Shown here: in pieces, positions 1 to 11,891 of the stretch
Numbering within the stretch: the stretch's first letter is position 1
Layout of the letters: each line of letters begins with the position of its first letter
Source: Anthoceros angustus
Taxonomy: Eukaryota; Plantae; Anthocerotophyta
DNA length: 64,000 nucleotides
Assembly (NCBI GenBank): GCA_010909165.1
Contig: MU008158.1
Coordinates: forward strand, 2,443,478 to 2,507,477
Direction: 5' to 3'
Program-made: the position numbers and the translations under genes
Notes under the pieces: model-generated
Databases searched by the model: none
What the model saw: the letters and a program-made list of their open reading frames with translations, nothing else
What the model was told of the DNA's origin: nothing

Positions 1-129
1 TGGAGGTTGGTATGCCGTCCTTGTTACTCATTTAAATGTGAAAAAGATGTGTTCATAGAAATGCCGGTATGTAAGCAAATGGTCTGTACAGGCTCATGTG
101 TGCTGCTCTGCTCTGATACGCTGAAACAG

Positions 130-1989
130 GCATAAAGGTTACTGAGGGTGGTAAGGATGAAAGCATTGTCGAGTTTGAAGTTGATTGGCGGAATGGGAAG
201 GGGCAGAAGGCGGTAATCACAGTTCAGACGCCTGGCCCAGATTTTCAAGTCGAGGTGAGAAAAACATCGTCTGTCAATGTTGCTCCCAGCGAACACAGAT
301 TCACTGTACGTGGTTTTGTTGCTCAGGACTAAGGAGTCTTTGTCTGGCAGGTGAATGATTTTACACTGTACGGTGTCGGCAGGGTGGTGCTGAAGCCACT
401 CGTCGAGGAAATTCCTGGGTTTGGAGCTATTTTGGTCTCACTGCGTGAACCAGTAAGCTCTGGACCTTTGCATGCTTCTTTGTTGTCCGAAGAGATCAAC
501 ATGCTCTTTGGGTGTTTCTTACATTTGTTTTTCTGGTGCCACTGATTAATCTGAGGGAGATACGTTGGTTTTGTGTGCTCTTGAATCCCTTGTTTTAAAG
601 ACGACATATGCTGCATGTGGACATATTTCGGTAACTTATCTCTGATAGGACAAGTCTGTGAATCGCAGCCGGACGTGGATTTCCACACCAATATTTTTGG
701 CGGAGACTTGACAGCATTACCAGGAGTGGACCAGATTATTGATGTAAGTGCATAGAGCAGGGGACTCTTTTTTACTCATGTATCTGTGTGATGTGTAATC
801 AACTGAGCATAATTGCCTTGGTGTGTTTTGCAGAACTTGATCAAATCTGCTCTTGAAGATACTTTGGTCTGGCCGAGCCGACTTGTTGTTCCTGTGGGAC
901 CTGGGGACTATAGGTGAGAAGGGTTGTCTGTTTTTTGCCATTCCTGCTTGTGGACCTGTTATTATTTGCATTGTTGTAACCATGGGTGATTTGCTGACGC
1001 AGTTGGCTTGAGCTGCATCCGGTGGGTATCCTGCACGTGGTACTGTTGGAGGGCAAAGGCATCAAGTCGGAGGACTGGTTTGGCAAATCAGACCCGTTTG
1101 TCATACTGTATATCCGCCCAAAAGAAGAGAAAATTAAGAGGTCTTCAACAAAAAGTAACACCACAAATCCCGTCTGGAATGAGGCGTTTGACGTGGAGGT
1201 GAGTGTCTGCCGGAGGCTCCTCGCCCTGGAATGCCTCTGTCCAGCAATGCATCTGTATGTGTGCTGAACTGACATGATCCATAACAGGTGGAAGATCCAG
1301 GGTGCCAGAAACTGCACCTGAGGCTTATGGATGCCGATTCAGTGAGTGCAGCAGATTATCATGGCGGTGCGGAGTTGTCCGTCACACAGGTACATGCAGC
1401 CGGATTAGTCATTGGCAACCATGAGTTGGAACCCTGAGTTGGAACCCTCGTTGTTGATTGATGTGTTTTACACTGGGCATGGGTGCAGTTCGAGCCATTG
1501 AAGGCTTATGATCTCTGGCTACCTCTCCTCAAAGACCCCAGCAAACCGCAGGAGGGAGAGTCTACTGGTCAGATTCACGTCATCGTCACGTACAAGCCTC
1601 TCGAGAAGCAATCCGGAGGCGAAAAGGATTCTGCAGCTCAGGAAGAAAATGGGAAGACTGACGACAAAAAGCAAGACACCGGCAGGGATGAAACGAAGGA
1701 GGGGGGTGAAAAGGGTGCCGCCGAGGAAGAAGCCGCCCCCGACTCAGCCCCTGAGAAGGATGAATTCCCAACGGCAGAGAAGGCAACGGGCAACCCTGGA
1801 ATCGCACCCGACATGGCACAAGAGCCTGAAGTCCCAGCAACTCCTGAAGACCATGACAGAAAGCTGCAGGAGCATGATTTGGGCGCCCAGCATGCTGCAG
1901 CCTTGGACCTGAACGACAAAAGCGATGCTAAAATCAGGGTTGCAGCGTCCTCTGCGGAGGAGCTGATGGAGATGAACGGAATGGGGTGA
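130..1989 (+). CDS. Synaptotagmin-like (SMP + C2) protein, 3' part; 5' exons lie left of the window
   Basis: Manually spliced GT-AG exons 130-254 (GIKVTEGGKDESIVEFEVDWR), 351-452 (GRVVLKPLVEEIPGFGAILVSLREP), 669-743 (DFHTNIFGGDLTALPG), 834-913 (IKSALEDTLVWPSRLVVP), 1003-1198 (VGILHVVLLEGKGIKSEDWFGKSDPFV..NPVWNEAF), 1288-1389, 1489-1989. Matches plant SYT4/5-type SMP end plus C2A. Confidence 0.88.
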
Positions 1990-3156
1990 GTGCGGCTGTA
2001 ATCTGTACATGTAGGGTCACCAGCATGGTACAACGGTGGTGGTGGAGCTCTGTCCTGTTGTGTGTAAACACGGCACACCACCACACACACAAACCCAGCA
2101 ACAATCACGTTTCTGTGTCGGAACTTTGTACAAACCGGGGCACTGTACATCCCCACAAGCACCCTCGAGTGCATCGGGAGTCGGGTAGCGGGAAGTGTAC
2201 GAAGGCGGAACAGTAGTTACCAGGTGAAGGTGGGAATGCAGATCTGCAAACGACTTTGTTATTTTTCTTACATATACTATACTATTACATACCAAGAGCG
2301 GAAGGTTCAACGTAAGGATGCGGCTCTTTGTGTCATGAATAAAAGTCGGTATCATGTCAGGAAGTCGGTCACCAGCTGTTGTAAGCATAGAGGTTGTTGT
2401 AGGTTGAGCGGCGGTGGGCGGCCTCGTCGCCATTTTTCCACCACGTGTGCAAGTCGCCGGGGTGAGGGTGTTGCACCGTCCAGGAAGGTGCAGCACTGCT
2501 TGCGGCCCGGCAGGGCGGACATGGCCGTAGTTTGCATTTCCCCAGGCGAAGCCGATTTGGGGCGGGAATGAAAGCCGGTACAGCATGCTGCAAGTATGTC
2601 GTAACTGGCACCGAGGTGACAATTATGATGGCGGGCGGGCTAATGAGGAACTCGGTGGGCGTAGATACCGATCTGCAAGCTGCTTGACGAAGAAAGCACG
2701 CAAGGAATAGGGTGCGGGATGCCCTTCCTTTTCCCCAGCTCGGGATTGCGTTCCCGGAGGCTCAGCGGCCAATATCAGGCGCCGACTTGGTATCCAGTTG
2801 CTAGACGGCATTTCCGGAGCTTGGGGAGTGAGGGTCAGGGCCAGGGCCAGGGCACGACGCGTCTTCACAGAGGGGCGGTGGCCCCGCGTGACAGCTGCAA
2901 GAATAAGAGAGGACGCCAGGGCCCATGTTGCAGATGCCTGCCTGCAACATGGGGCCCTTTCACTTGTTCACGGAGCAGCCTTGTCGTTGGGATGGAAACG
3001 GAGTGCTACAGGCCCGGGCACATGTCCAGCAGTGATGCGTGCGTCATGCCCACATTTTTGGAGCCACTCCTGTCGTACAGAAGTGGACGTCAAAATGCAA
3101 ATTGTATCTTTGTACTTTAATTATTTTTTATTTTGTGCTACGAAGGAGACATCTAT

Positions 3157-3228
3157 TCCGTAATAGTCTAGTGGTTAGGATACCTGGCTTTCACCCAGGC
3201 GACCCGGGTTCGAGCCCCGGTTACGGAA
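3157..3228 (+). tRNA. tRNA-Glu (TTC)
   Basis: TCCGTAA/TTACGGA acceptor stem, A-box TAGTCTAGTGG, anticodon arm CCTGG-CT-TTC-AC-CCAGG, T-loop GGTTCGAGCC. Confidence 0.97.
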
Positions 3229-3519
3229 GACTGTGCTCGATTATTTACCAGCTTGGTCTTTTAATTTAGAACATCGATATTGCTGAGATTTGGCGGGTTG
3301 ATTTCTTCTTTCCTGCTAAAAAATAAATAAGAATATTATGTCATATTATAATGATTTTTTTAATCTTCAAACATTCATATCAAACTAAGACAAAATGAGA
3401 AAGAAGGAATATAATATATTACGAAATATATCTATATTTTACTCAATTTAATTTAATGAAAATGTTGTCTTACATACAACTTCCCAAGCTGATTCGTCGT
3501 GTCATATTTATATTCATTT

Positions 3520-3865
3520 ATATGCCTAAAGCTATTTATACCAAGGGCATCCACTCTCATTAGGCACCCCATCTAAGTACCCATCGAAAGCGCAAGATGC
3601 TTAGTAACGGCATTCTTATTCTTATAACGGGTATCCATTTGGCCAGATGTAACTTTTGTCATATCACTCCCATAACGAAAATATATTAAAGTCCTTAGTG
3701 GACTTTAATATATTTCTTCTTCTTCTTCTTCTCTCCCAGGTCAGTCCTTAGTGGACTTTAATATACTTCTTCCTCTTCCGAGGTCAGTCCTTAGTAGTAC
3801 TTAGTGGACTTTAATATACCTCCTCTTCTTCTTCTTATCCCGAGGTCGGTCCTGAGTGGACGTTT
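3520..3865. mobile_element. MITE-like dispersed repeat fragment with reiterated terminus (GTCCTTAGTGGACTTTAATA)
   Basis: Shares CCAAGGGCATCCACTC..CATCTAAG..ATGCTTA with 8578-8730 and the CATCTAAG..ATGCTTA part (reverse strand) with 32210-32485. The terminal motif recurs about 4 times between 3685 and 3865. Confidence 0.6.
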
Positions 3866-5003
3866 TTTTCTTCTTCTCCTCCCGAGGCTTGAGAGAAGGA
3901 GATATGGAGATGTAGGTATGTAGGGACATCTATAGAAGAAGAAGAAAAAGTTTCTCTTTTTCTTTTCTTTTTTTAAAAGAAGAAGAAGAAGTGGTGTACG
4001 TAGGCATTATAGCTAGTGCGAGGGCTGGGACTGGGAGCAACGAGCGGCGAGCGGCGAGCGACGAGCAACCCAGATTCATATGAGGGACAAATGGCCACGA
4101 CTCCATGGTTGGGGTTGGTGTGGGGTGGAGGTGTCGGGCAGGTGGCACCTGTTGGTCCAGGGCGGCGGAGGCAGAGCGGACGTGGCAATTGCCGGTGATG
4201 GCGTGCAATGCGAAGGGGAAGTGGGCCCGGGAGATGGTGGCAGGCGGGCGGCGCACCCCATTGGGCCATTGCGCATCCTATGCTCCCCAGGCCCCCCCTC
4301 GCCCCTCCAGATTCTTCTGGGGGGCCCTGGGTGCCGGTGCCGGTGCCGGTGCCGTTCCCGGTGCCGGTGCCACCGCGCGGCCTCCGCCTGTTATTATAAC
4401 CTGACCCCGCGTCCGCGGTCCGGACGCGGACACGGTAGGGTTAACTCTGCCAACCCCTGGTCGGTGCGGCGGGTCTGGACTCTGGAAGCCTGGGCTGCTG
4501 GCTGCTGGCTGCTGCCCGGTCCTGCTCACGAGTCGCGAGACGTGAGACTTGCCCGCACACCTCCAGCCTCCCTGTAGCTGCAGCAGGCTTCCAGGAAGGT
4601 GAGGCCGGAGCAGGAACAGGCCGGGGCCAAGGACGTGACGTGAGGGAAGAATAAGAACGGAGGGGAGGAGCGACGGTGATCGTCACACGCGCGCCTCCTG
4701 GGCCTCGACCTCGGCCTCGGCCTCCGCTCCGTCTCACCCCGTCCCACTCCATTCCGCTCCGTCGCCGCCTCGCCCACCGCCTCGCCCTCCGCCTCCAGAC
4801 CTCCGCACGCCGTCTGCCGGGCAATGCGGCTGCATCGCAGCCTGCACCTGCGCTCATCGTGGCACTGGGGCACGCACTCGCAATCGCATTTCACGCCGCA
4901 ATCCGAAACACAGGTTGGTGTGTCGAGCAGCTGGGATGTCTGGAGTCTGTCGTTGCCCCCTCTGCCGTTCCGTGACGGAGCGGGAAAACGGCCTTTTCCT
5001 TTT

Positions 5004-5047
5004 CCTTCCTTCCTTCCTTCCTGCCTGCCTGCCTGCCTGCCTGCCCT
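5004..5047. repeat. Compound microsatellite (CCTT)n(CCTG)n, probably in a 5'UTR intron of the glucanase
   Basis: Directly visible. Confidence 0.85.
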
Positions 5048-5294
5048 GCTTCATCATCCCTGCTACGCCTTCTCCGGCGCAGGGCATTTCGTCTCCCAGT
5101 CCCAATGAGTCACTGCCAGTCGGGGATCGCTTGCCACCTCGTCGGGCTCCACGTTTCTCTCACTCCCTGCTCGTTTTACAGGTCTGAGACGCACCCGACC
5201 AGCAGGATGCTGACCATCTGCTCCGGGGACCGCCTGCCTCTCCGTGTCGCCGCCCGCCTGCACGCTCCTTGACACCCGCATTTCTTCCGCCACC

Positions 5295-7267
5295 ATGGCC
5301 TTGTCCCGGGCTGCTGCTGCAGTTGCGGGTGCCAGGAAGGAGGCCCTTCTGTCCCTCCTTCTCCTGCATTTGGTCCTGGTGGCGGGACTCGACGAGGACG
5401 GTACGCTCTCAGCCCGTGTCTCATGCTTCTGCCAGCTACGGAGGATGGTAAGACGGAATGTCGTCGTGGTGGCTGTGTCTCACCCCGCCCTTGCTCCTGC
5501 CTTTGCCTTGCAGCTTATTCGCCCAATCCGCTGTACCCCAGCATCGGTGTGAACTACGGGCGTGTTGCGGACAACCTGCCTCCTCCCGCGCAGGTGGTGC
5601 AGATAATCAAAAACTTGAAAATCGGGAGTGTGAGAATTTTCGACCACGACACCGGCGTCATCGGTGCCTTTGCCGGCTCCGGCATTGGGCTGGTGATTGG
5701 GGTCACCAACCAGGAAGTCATCGGGATCGGGCAGAGCAACGCTACCGCCACACAGTGGGTGGCACAGAATGTCGTCCCCTTCTATCCTGCCACCAAGATC
5801 AGCACCATCGTGGTGGGGAACGAGCTCTTGTCCTATTTCGGTGCGCAGGATGTGCAAGCGTGGTATCAGATCAATCCAGCTATGCTCAATCTGTACTCGT
5901 AAGTGCGCCTGCCATTCCCGCGTTTGCTGCTGCCGCATTGGGTATCGTGGCTAGGCTTGTGCTGTGAACCAACAGTGTCTGTGGCTCCTGTTTGGTGCAG
6001 GGCGCTCAAGGTGTTGAATCTGCACCGCCAGATAAAAATTTCCACAGCGCTCGCCTACGACGCGCTTAACAGTTCGTATCCTCCTTCGGCCGGGAGCTTC
6101 CGGCCGGACATTGCGGAGCCCGTGATCAAGCCGCTTCTCAGATTCCTCAACACCACGGCCTCCTATTTCATGATCAACGTGTATCCCTACTTCGCATTCG
6201 CCGGCAATCCCAACATTTCCGTGGACTATGCCACCTTCGGCCCAGCAGCTGCTCCTGTGGTCGACGGGGAGTTGAAGTACACCAGCTTGTTGGATGCTCA
6301 GCTTGATGCTCTCCACTTTGCCACTGCCAAGTTGGGCTACCCAGGCGTCAGGATATCCATCACGGAGACTGGATGGCCTACCAAAGGGGACCCAGGTCAG
6401 CTTGGAACAGGGATCCCCATTGCAGCGAACTACAACAGAAGGCTGGTGCGCAAGATCTTATCAGCCCAGGGCACACCAGCCGTGCCAGGAGTGTTCATCC
6501 CGACCTTCATCTTCTCCCTCTTCAACGAGGACTTGAAACCAGGGCCGACCACAGAGCGCAACTGGGGGCTGGACTATCCGGATGGTACCCCAGTTTATCC
6601 CATCGACCTCACGGGCCAAACACCGGAGAGCAGCTATGCTCCGCTGCCTGGGAGCAGCCCTCCCCCACCTCCAAATGCCCCTCCTCCCTCTCCACCCCCC
6701 ACCTCGTCCTCCTATTCTCCGCCCCCTCCCTTTCTGCCACCCCAGAGTTCTCCACCTGTGCCTTCTGTTCCTTCTGTGCCTCCACCCAATGCTGTGGTAA
6801 GCCCTCCTGGAGTTCCACCGCCTCTTGGCTCGCCTCCTCCTCCCCAAATCCCTCCCGCATCTACCCCTCCTGGAGCTGGAACCACCCAGTGGTGCACTGC
6901 CAACCCTCTTGCTAGTCTGGAGTCCATTCAGGCTGCTCTGGACTATGCCTGCGGCGTTGCCAACTGCGCCCCCATCCAAATCGGGCAGCTTTGTTACGAC
7001 CCCAACACTCTGCAGTATCATGCATCCTGGGCATTTAACAGCTACTATCAACAGACCAAGGTTGCAGGGGGGACCTGTCACTTCGGCGGGGCTGCTGTTC
7101 TCACTAGCACCGATCCTAGTGAGTGGAATGTGAATGCTGTATCGTGTGGTACCCAGTCTGCATGCAGCTCGTGGCTTCCGCTTCGGAATTCCCTGGAATC
7201 TAACGAGCACTGTCTTTTTCTGAATGCTGCAGGTGTGAACGGCTGTGTTTTCCCAGGAGGCAATTAG
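5295..7267 (+). CDS. Glucan endo-1,3-beta-glucosidase (GH17) with Pro-rich linker and C-terminal X8/CBM43 domain
   Basis: Exons 5295-5400 (signal peptide), 5514-5898 (IGVNYGRVADNLP, IVVGNE), 6001-7117 (MINVYPYF, ISITETGWPT, FSLFNEDLKPGPTTERNWG, poly-Pro, WC..ALDYACG..HASWAFNSYYQ), 7233-7267. Confidence 0.95.
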
Positions 7268-7742
7268 CCTAGAAGATGCTCGAGGGGGCGGGGGGAGGCA
7301 TAGATGGAACAGAAGTAGGTACACTACAGGTTGTTTACTCTGGGGAGCAGAGCAAATCTGACCTTTTTTTCGTCTAACCAGATTCTGCCGCTCTTGAATT
7401 AGCTAGCATGCGTTGCTGAGCGTGTTCTCAGCCTTGACCAGTTAGACCAAGTCGTGGGTAGTAGTTCGGTGTGCCTCATAGCGTAGCAACGTAGGATCCG
7501 TATTCCGGCCTGGGGTAGGAGCTCCAAGGATGACACCAAGTAGAGACATTTTTGACCCCTGCCACATTTTACAGGCAAATGATGCAGTGTAAAACCTTTC
7601 AAGTAACAAGCAGAATATTTTGTGAACGAGATATGGAAAGATCCCCATTGCGCTGTACGGGCTTACATCTGTCATCAAAATCAGCACACTGCCAGGGATG
7701 TAGATACCCGTGAGCCCCTGCTCGAGGGTAGCCAGTAGTGCT

Positions 7743-7908
7743 TTATATCTGAGATCAAATCAGCATATCGCCAAGAACTCTATATCTGCCAGTTGTGCTT
7801 TACATCTGAGATCAAATTAGCACATCGCCAAGAACTCTATATCTGAGATCAAATTAGTACATCGCCAAGGACTCTATATCTGAGATCAAATTAGCACATC
7901 GCCAAGAA
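7743..7908. repeat. ~37-bp tandem repeat, about 4 copies (TATATCTGAGATCAAATTAGCACATCGCCAAGAACTC)
   Basis: Directly visible downstream of the glucanase. Confidence 0.85.
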
Positions 7909-8337
7909 CGTAGATGCTTGTGAACTCCTCTTTACACGGGGGCAGCCGGGGCATGTGCTTCTACTGGCAGACCTATGCAAGCACAAACATGCATTTGCCG
8001 ACCCCAACGTGCCGTGATGACAGAATCCATAATATGAGCCAAGCAAAAACATCTTTGCACCAAGGGATATCGAGAGCGGCTTTCAACCAAGGGACAGCCT
8101 AATGTTGATGCCTTTGAATGTTTGGAAACAAAGTATCCCCTGCAATTTCCGGCAACTTCTCTCTGCTGCTTCAGCGCGCAATCCTGAGTGCAGAGTCGGC
8201 ATGGCCCGGGGCACTCGTGCGGCTGTGATGTAAGGAACTGGAGAATGCTTGTGTGTGAGACGGCTTGTGGACGGGGACGAAAAACACGGTACCGTAGGAG
8301 GAACGATTGTTAGCCAACGCCGCCCGGGGGGCTCGAA

Positions 8338-8410
8338 CGCCGCCCGGGGGGCTCGAACCCCCGACCACAAGGTTAAGAGCCTTGCGCTCTACCGACTGAG
8401 CTAGGGCGGC
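8338..8410 (-). tRNA. tRNA-Lys (CTT)
   Basis: Reverse complement GCCGCCCTAGCTCAGTCGGTAGAGCGCAAGGCT-CTT-AACCTTGTGGTCGGGGGTTCGAGCCCCCCGGGCGGCG; T5 terminator about 50 nt downstream (8280-8284). Confidence 0.96.
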
Positions 8411-8577
8411 CTGTACCATTCGGGCAGACATATTAAAAATATAAACTTAACTTGTAGGTTTGTACACGTGGGGGCGATATTTACAACATGGTGGCCTTTC
8501 ATGAGGAGTAGCCCCATACAATTAGAAGAAAAATTCTACTATAGTTCAGGAGTAGCCCAGAAGTTGAAGAATTTTAT

Positions 8578-8730
8578 TTAAGTCCACTAAGGATGAATTG
8601 ATACTTAATAACTTGTACCATGGTGTGCCTAAGCTACTAGCACCAAGGGCATCCACTCCCTCCAGGCACTTCATCTAAGCATAAAATGCTTAACAACCTC
8701 GTTCTTATAAATGTGTGTCCATTTGGTTTA
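8578..8730. mobile_element. MITE-like repeat fragment (same family as 3520-3865); another terminus at 9250-9310
   Basis: Begins AAGTCCACTAAGGATG, the reverse complement of the family terminus, and shares the internal sequence. Confidence 0.6.
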
Positions 8731-9595
8731 TTTGTGCATGGTTGTTAGTGTTTATAGGGCACCAACAATAGGGCGGCCCCGCACATTACAAGGACGAGGG
8801 TAAGATTTTTATCACAAGTGGCCATGAAACTGAGGATGGGTGACACCCCATCCAAGCACTAATCTGTCCGAAGGACGCTTAGCTATGGAGTTCCAATGAA
8901 CTCATATATGGATGTCGCTTTGAAGGGAGGACTTATAATAATAATTTGGCCAAACAATAGCGGTTTGTCTATTTTTATAGCAACACAAATATGCTCACCC
9001 CAATGCAACTCAATGAAAACATCTAGGAAACACAAAATATAAGGGGAAGTAAAAAAAACATGCTGAAGAATATAAGAAAGGAGAAGGGAAGAAAAGATGC
9101 TAAACAAATACGGGGAAAGGAAAAAAGCATGCTGAAAAAGATAGGGGAACGGGAAAAAAACATGTAGGATGAATGTTCATTTTTCACATAAAAAAGGAGG
9201 TTTTTTTTTCCTAAATAAAGTCTTCTTTTCCCTTTCATAAAGAAGAAGTATATTAAGGTCCTCTAAGGATGGAATTTCCGTCATGGGACTGATAAGACAA
9301 AGATACATTAAAAAAAATTGATGTTTAACCGCTATTCTAAATTTGACCTAAATACTAGTGGTTTGAAGTATATCATTGATCTAATTTGACCTAAATATTA
9401 GATTTTTGATTAATTTGTTAGAATTTTTGGTGAGAGGTTTGATTTTTAGTGGGTTGTGTTTCTTCTTGACACACCGCCTAGTGAGCTTCAATTCCCCAAA
9501 CAGAAGTTCAAGGGTGCCTTTCTATTAATGGGCATCCAAATTGTAGCAATTAGTCAACGTTATGAGGCCCTATGTTGTTGTTGTTGTGCTAGCAC

Positions 9596-9706
9596 CTTAG
9601 AAACGTCTACTGCGCATGCAATCTCACTAGCATCTTAGAAACGTCTGCTGCACATGTAATCTCACTAGCATCTTAGGAACGTCTACTCTACATGCAATCT
9701 CACTTA
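9596..9706. repeat. ~38-bp tandem repeat, 3 copies (CTTAGAAACGTCTACTGCGCATGCAATCTCACTAGCAT)
   Basis: Directly visible. Confidence 0.85.
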
Positions 9707-9889
9707 GGTGAAGATTTCAACTGATCTTGAGAAAGACTTTGCAATTTTACTTAGGTTGTAAGAGAAGGCTTTACTCTAGGTGCAATATCCGGCAACTAGG
9801 TGAACAAGTTTCTAAAACATTATATGTAAAAATAAATATTTGTGATTTTTGGCTCTGAAATTAGGGTGTGTGCCCAATCTTTAACAATG

Positions 9890-11891
9890 AACATGATAAT
9901 TTTTGAAGGGGGTGAATAATCTCGAAGGGGGTTTTCCGTAAATAATCTCTGAAGGGGGTTTTTGATGGGCCCTAAAACAGCGTTTTGAAGGCATTGCAAC
10001 ATCAAAAAAAAGGGTGTCACCGATAAAGTTACTACTTTCCATCCAAAGAATGTTTGTGTCGAATGGTGGTCGAAACTCAAACCTAGAATAATGCAAAGTA
10101 GGAACGGTGAGGAAGGCCATTCCGCCGGAAGGGACGATCAAACTTAGTTTTGGGAGGAAAATGTGGTTTTGTTATGACACCACAAAAGCCACGCAGTATT
10201 TCTAACACAAGAACATCAAGAACGGACTTACAACATTAACTGGGACCCCGAAAACGAGATTTCACTCATCCCCAGAGTTCAATCCTTCGTCATCACTTGG
10301 TCCAGCTTCTCCTGCATAGTCATCACTATCTTCAGCGGCACTTTGACTCGCAGGTTGTATGAAGCCACGCAACTCGCAGAGCTTATCCCTTATCACTTTT
10401 TTGTCCACCGCATACAGATGTTTCCAGGAGGAGTACCCTCTACACTCGACCGACCAGATGTTTCGATGGAAGTGCCACGTACAGGGGGTGCGTGGAAGGG
10501 AGGGCCACAATGGGCACGCGGAGGGAGGGCGCCGGCCGGCCGGCGCCCGCTCGCGCCTCCACCCATCGGGCATACGGCTGGTGGTGCGAGGAGGGCGTCG
10601 GCCGGCCGGCGCCTCCCTATGGATGCGCACCACCCGTCGGGGTTCTGGTGGTGCACGCGGAGGGCGCCGCCGGCCGGCGCCTCCCTATGGATGCGCACCA
10701 CCCGTTTGCCACCCTACGGGTGGTTGTAGGGAGGCGTCGGCGGCGCCTCCCTCCACGCGCCACCCGTCATTGGGCCCACGGGTGGTGCACGCGGAGGGCG
10801 CCGGCCGGCGGCGCCCTCCCCATGCCACGCTCATGGCGCCGGCCGGCGCCCTCCCCTAACACACCCTACCCATGGGCGCGGCCGGCCGGCGTCCTCCCCT
10901 AGCACACCCTACCCATGGGCGGCGGCCGGCGTCCTCCCCTAACACCACCCATGGCGCCGGCGGCGCCCTCCCTAGCACACCCTACCCATGGCGCCGGCCG
11001 CGCCTCCTCGTAGGCTGTCTTTAAGAAAATAAATATTTAGCGGCTCAAGAGATTTGTAACTTGGGACCGTTGGGCAAGTTTTTCGGAAAAAAGGTGTAGT
11101 AGCTAGTGAACAGGTTCCGTGTTCAAAATCTCATATCTTCTTAATAACTCAACTTTGTTGATTTTAAGGATGCTCACATTGGCGCATGGACAACTAACTT
11201 TGTTCATTTTAAGGACGCTGGCATTGCCTTAAAGCCCAAGTGGTTGCATTGGGTGCCAGAAGGTTGAAGACCACGACTAGCGACCTTTTGGATGAGGGTC
11301 AACAGGCCCTAGATGCTGTGTGGCAGTCGACACCGTCGGACGCTGGGCCCAAGAATGATACTATTGAAGACGAGCAAGCAATGGAGGAGAACGACAACTT
11401 TGAGGCGGACGATATGGACCGCCTCTGGAATATGGGGTGGTACTTGACTCAGTTTTGACGCAAGGCATGGATGAGTCGCCAGGCCGCACTCTTCAATGAC
11501 TATTGTCGATGCTGATGACCACTTCCTCCTTTAGCAGTTGTTTGTTGCAATGTTCTCACGACCACTGAAATGAAACTCCCGCTAGTACAGGATTGTTTTC
11601 ATTGTGTTCCACCACTTGAAAATAAAAGTTTTCGGTTGTAATAAACATATGAAAATGGCAGCCCTCTATGCATTCTACTAAAACGCAAACGGGCCCACAC
11701 CCTACTGTGCTCCAGTTCTCGAGTGCGGACTTGAAAGTGCATCTTTTATCAAAGGTATGACCTCAGAAAGAGTGTGCGCATTATCAAAGTAGGGCAAATA
11801 TGATGTTCTAGGAAAGGTGTTCTTCGTGACAAGGGGGTGCTGACTCGACCGAAGGGGGTTACTATATTCCCCCTTCAAAAATTATCATGTT
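9890..11891. mobile_element. Non-autonomous TIR DNA transposon, 2.0 kb, 23-bp perfect TIR, 4-bp TSD (AATG)
   Basis: AACATGATAATTTTTGAAGGGGG at 9890-9912 and its exact reverse complement at 11869-11891. AATG at 9886-9889 and 11892-11895. Internal GC-rich tandem repeats at 10500-11010. Confidence 0.88.

Noticed and set aside
3930-5200. Many overlapping 60-165 aa ORFs in GC-rich DNA (also 10260-10900, 24000-24700, 59000-59900)
   Set aside because: Low-complexity by-products of GC-rich promoter, UTR or repeat sequence with no recognisable domains.
6461-7324. 287-aa antisense ORF over the glucanase (and similar antisense ORFs over SYT and PPR)
   Set aside because: Shadow frames of real coding sequence.
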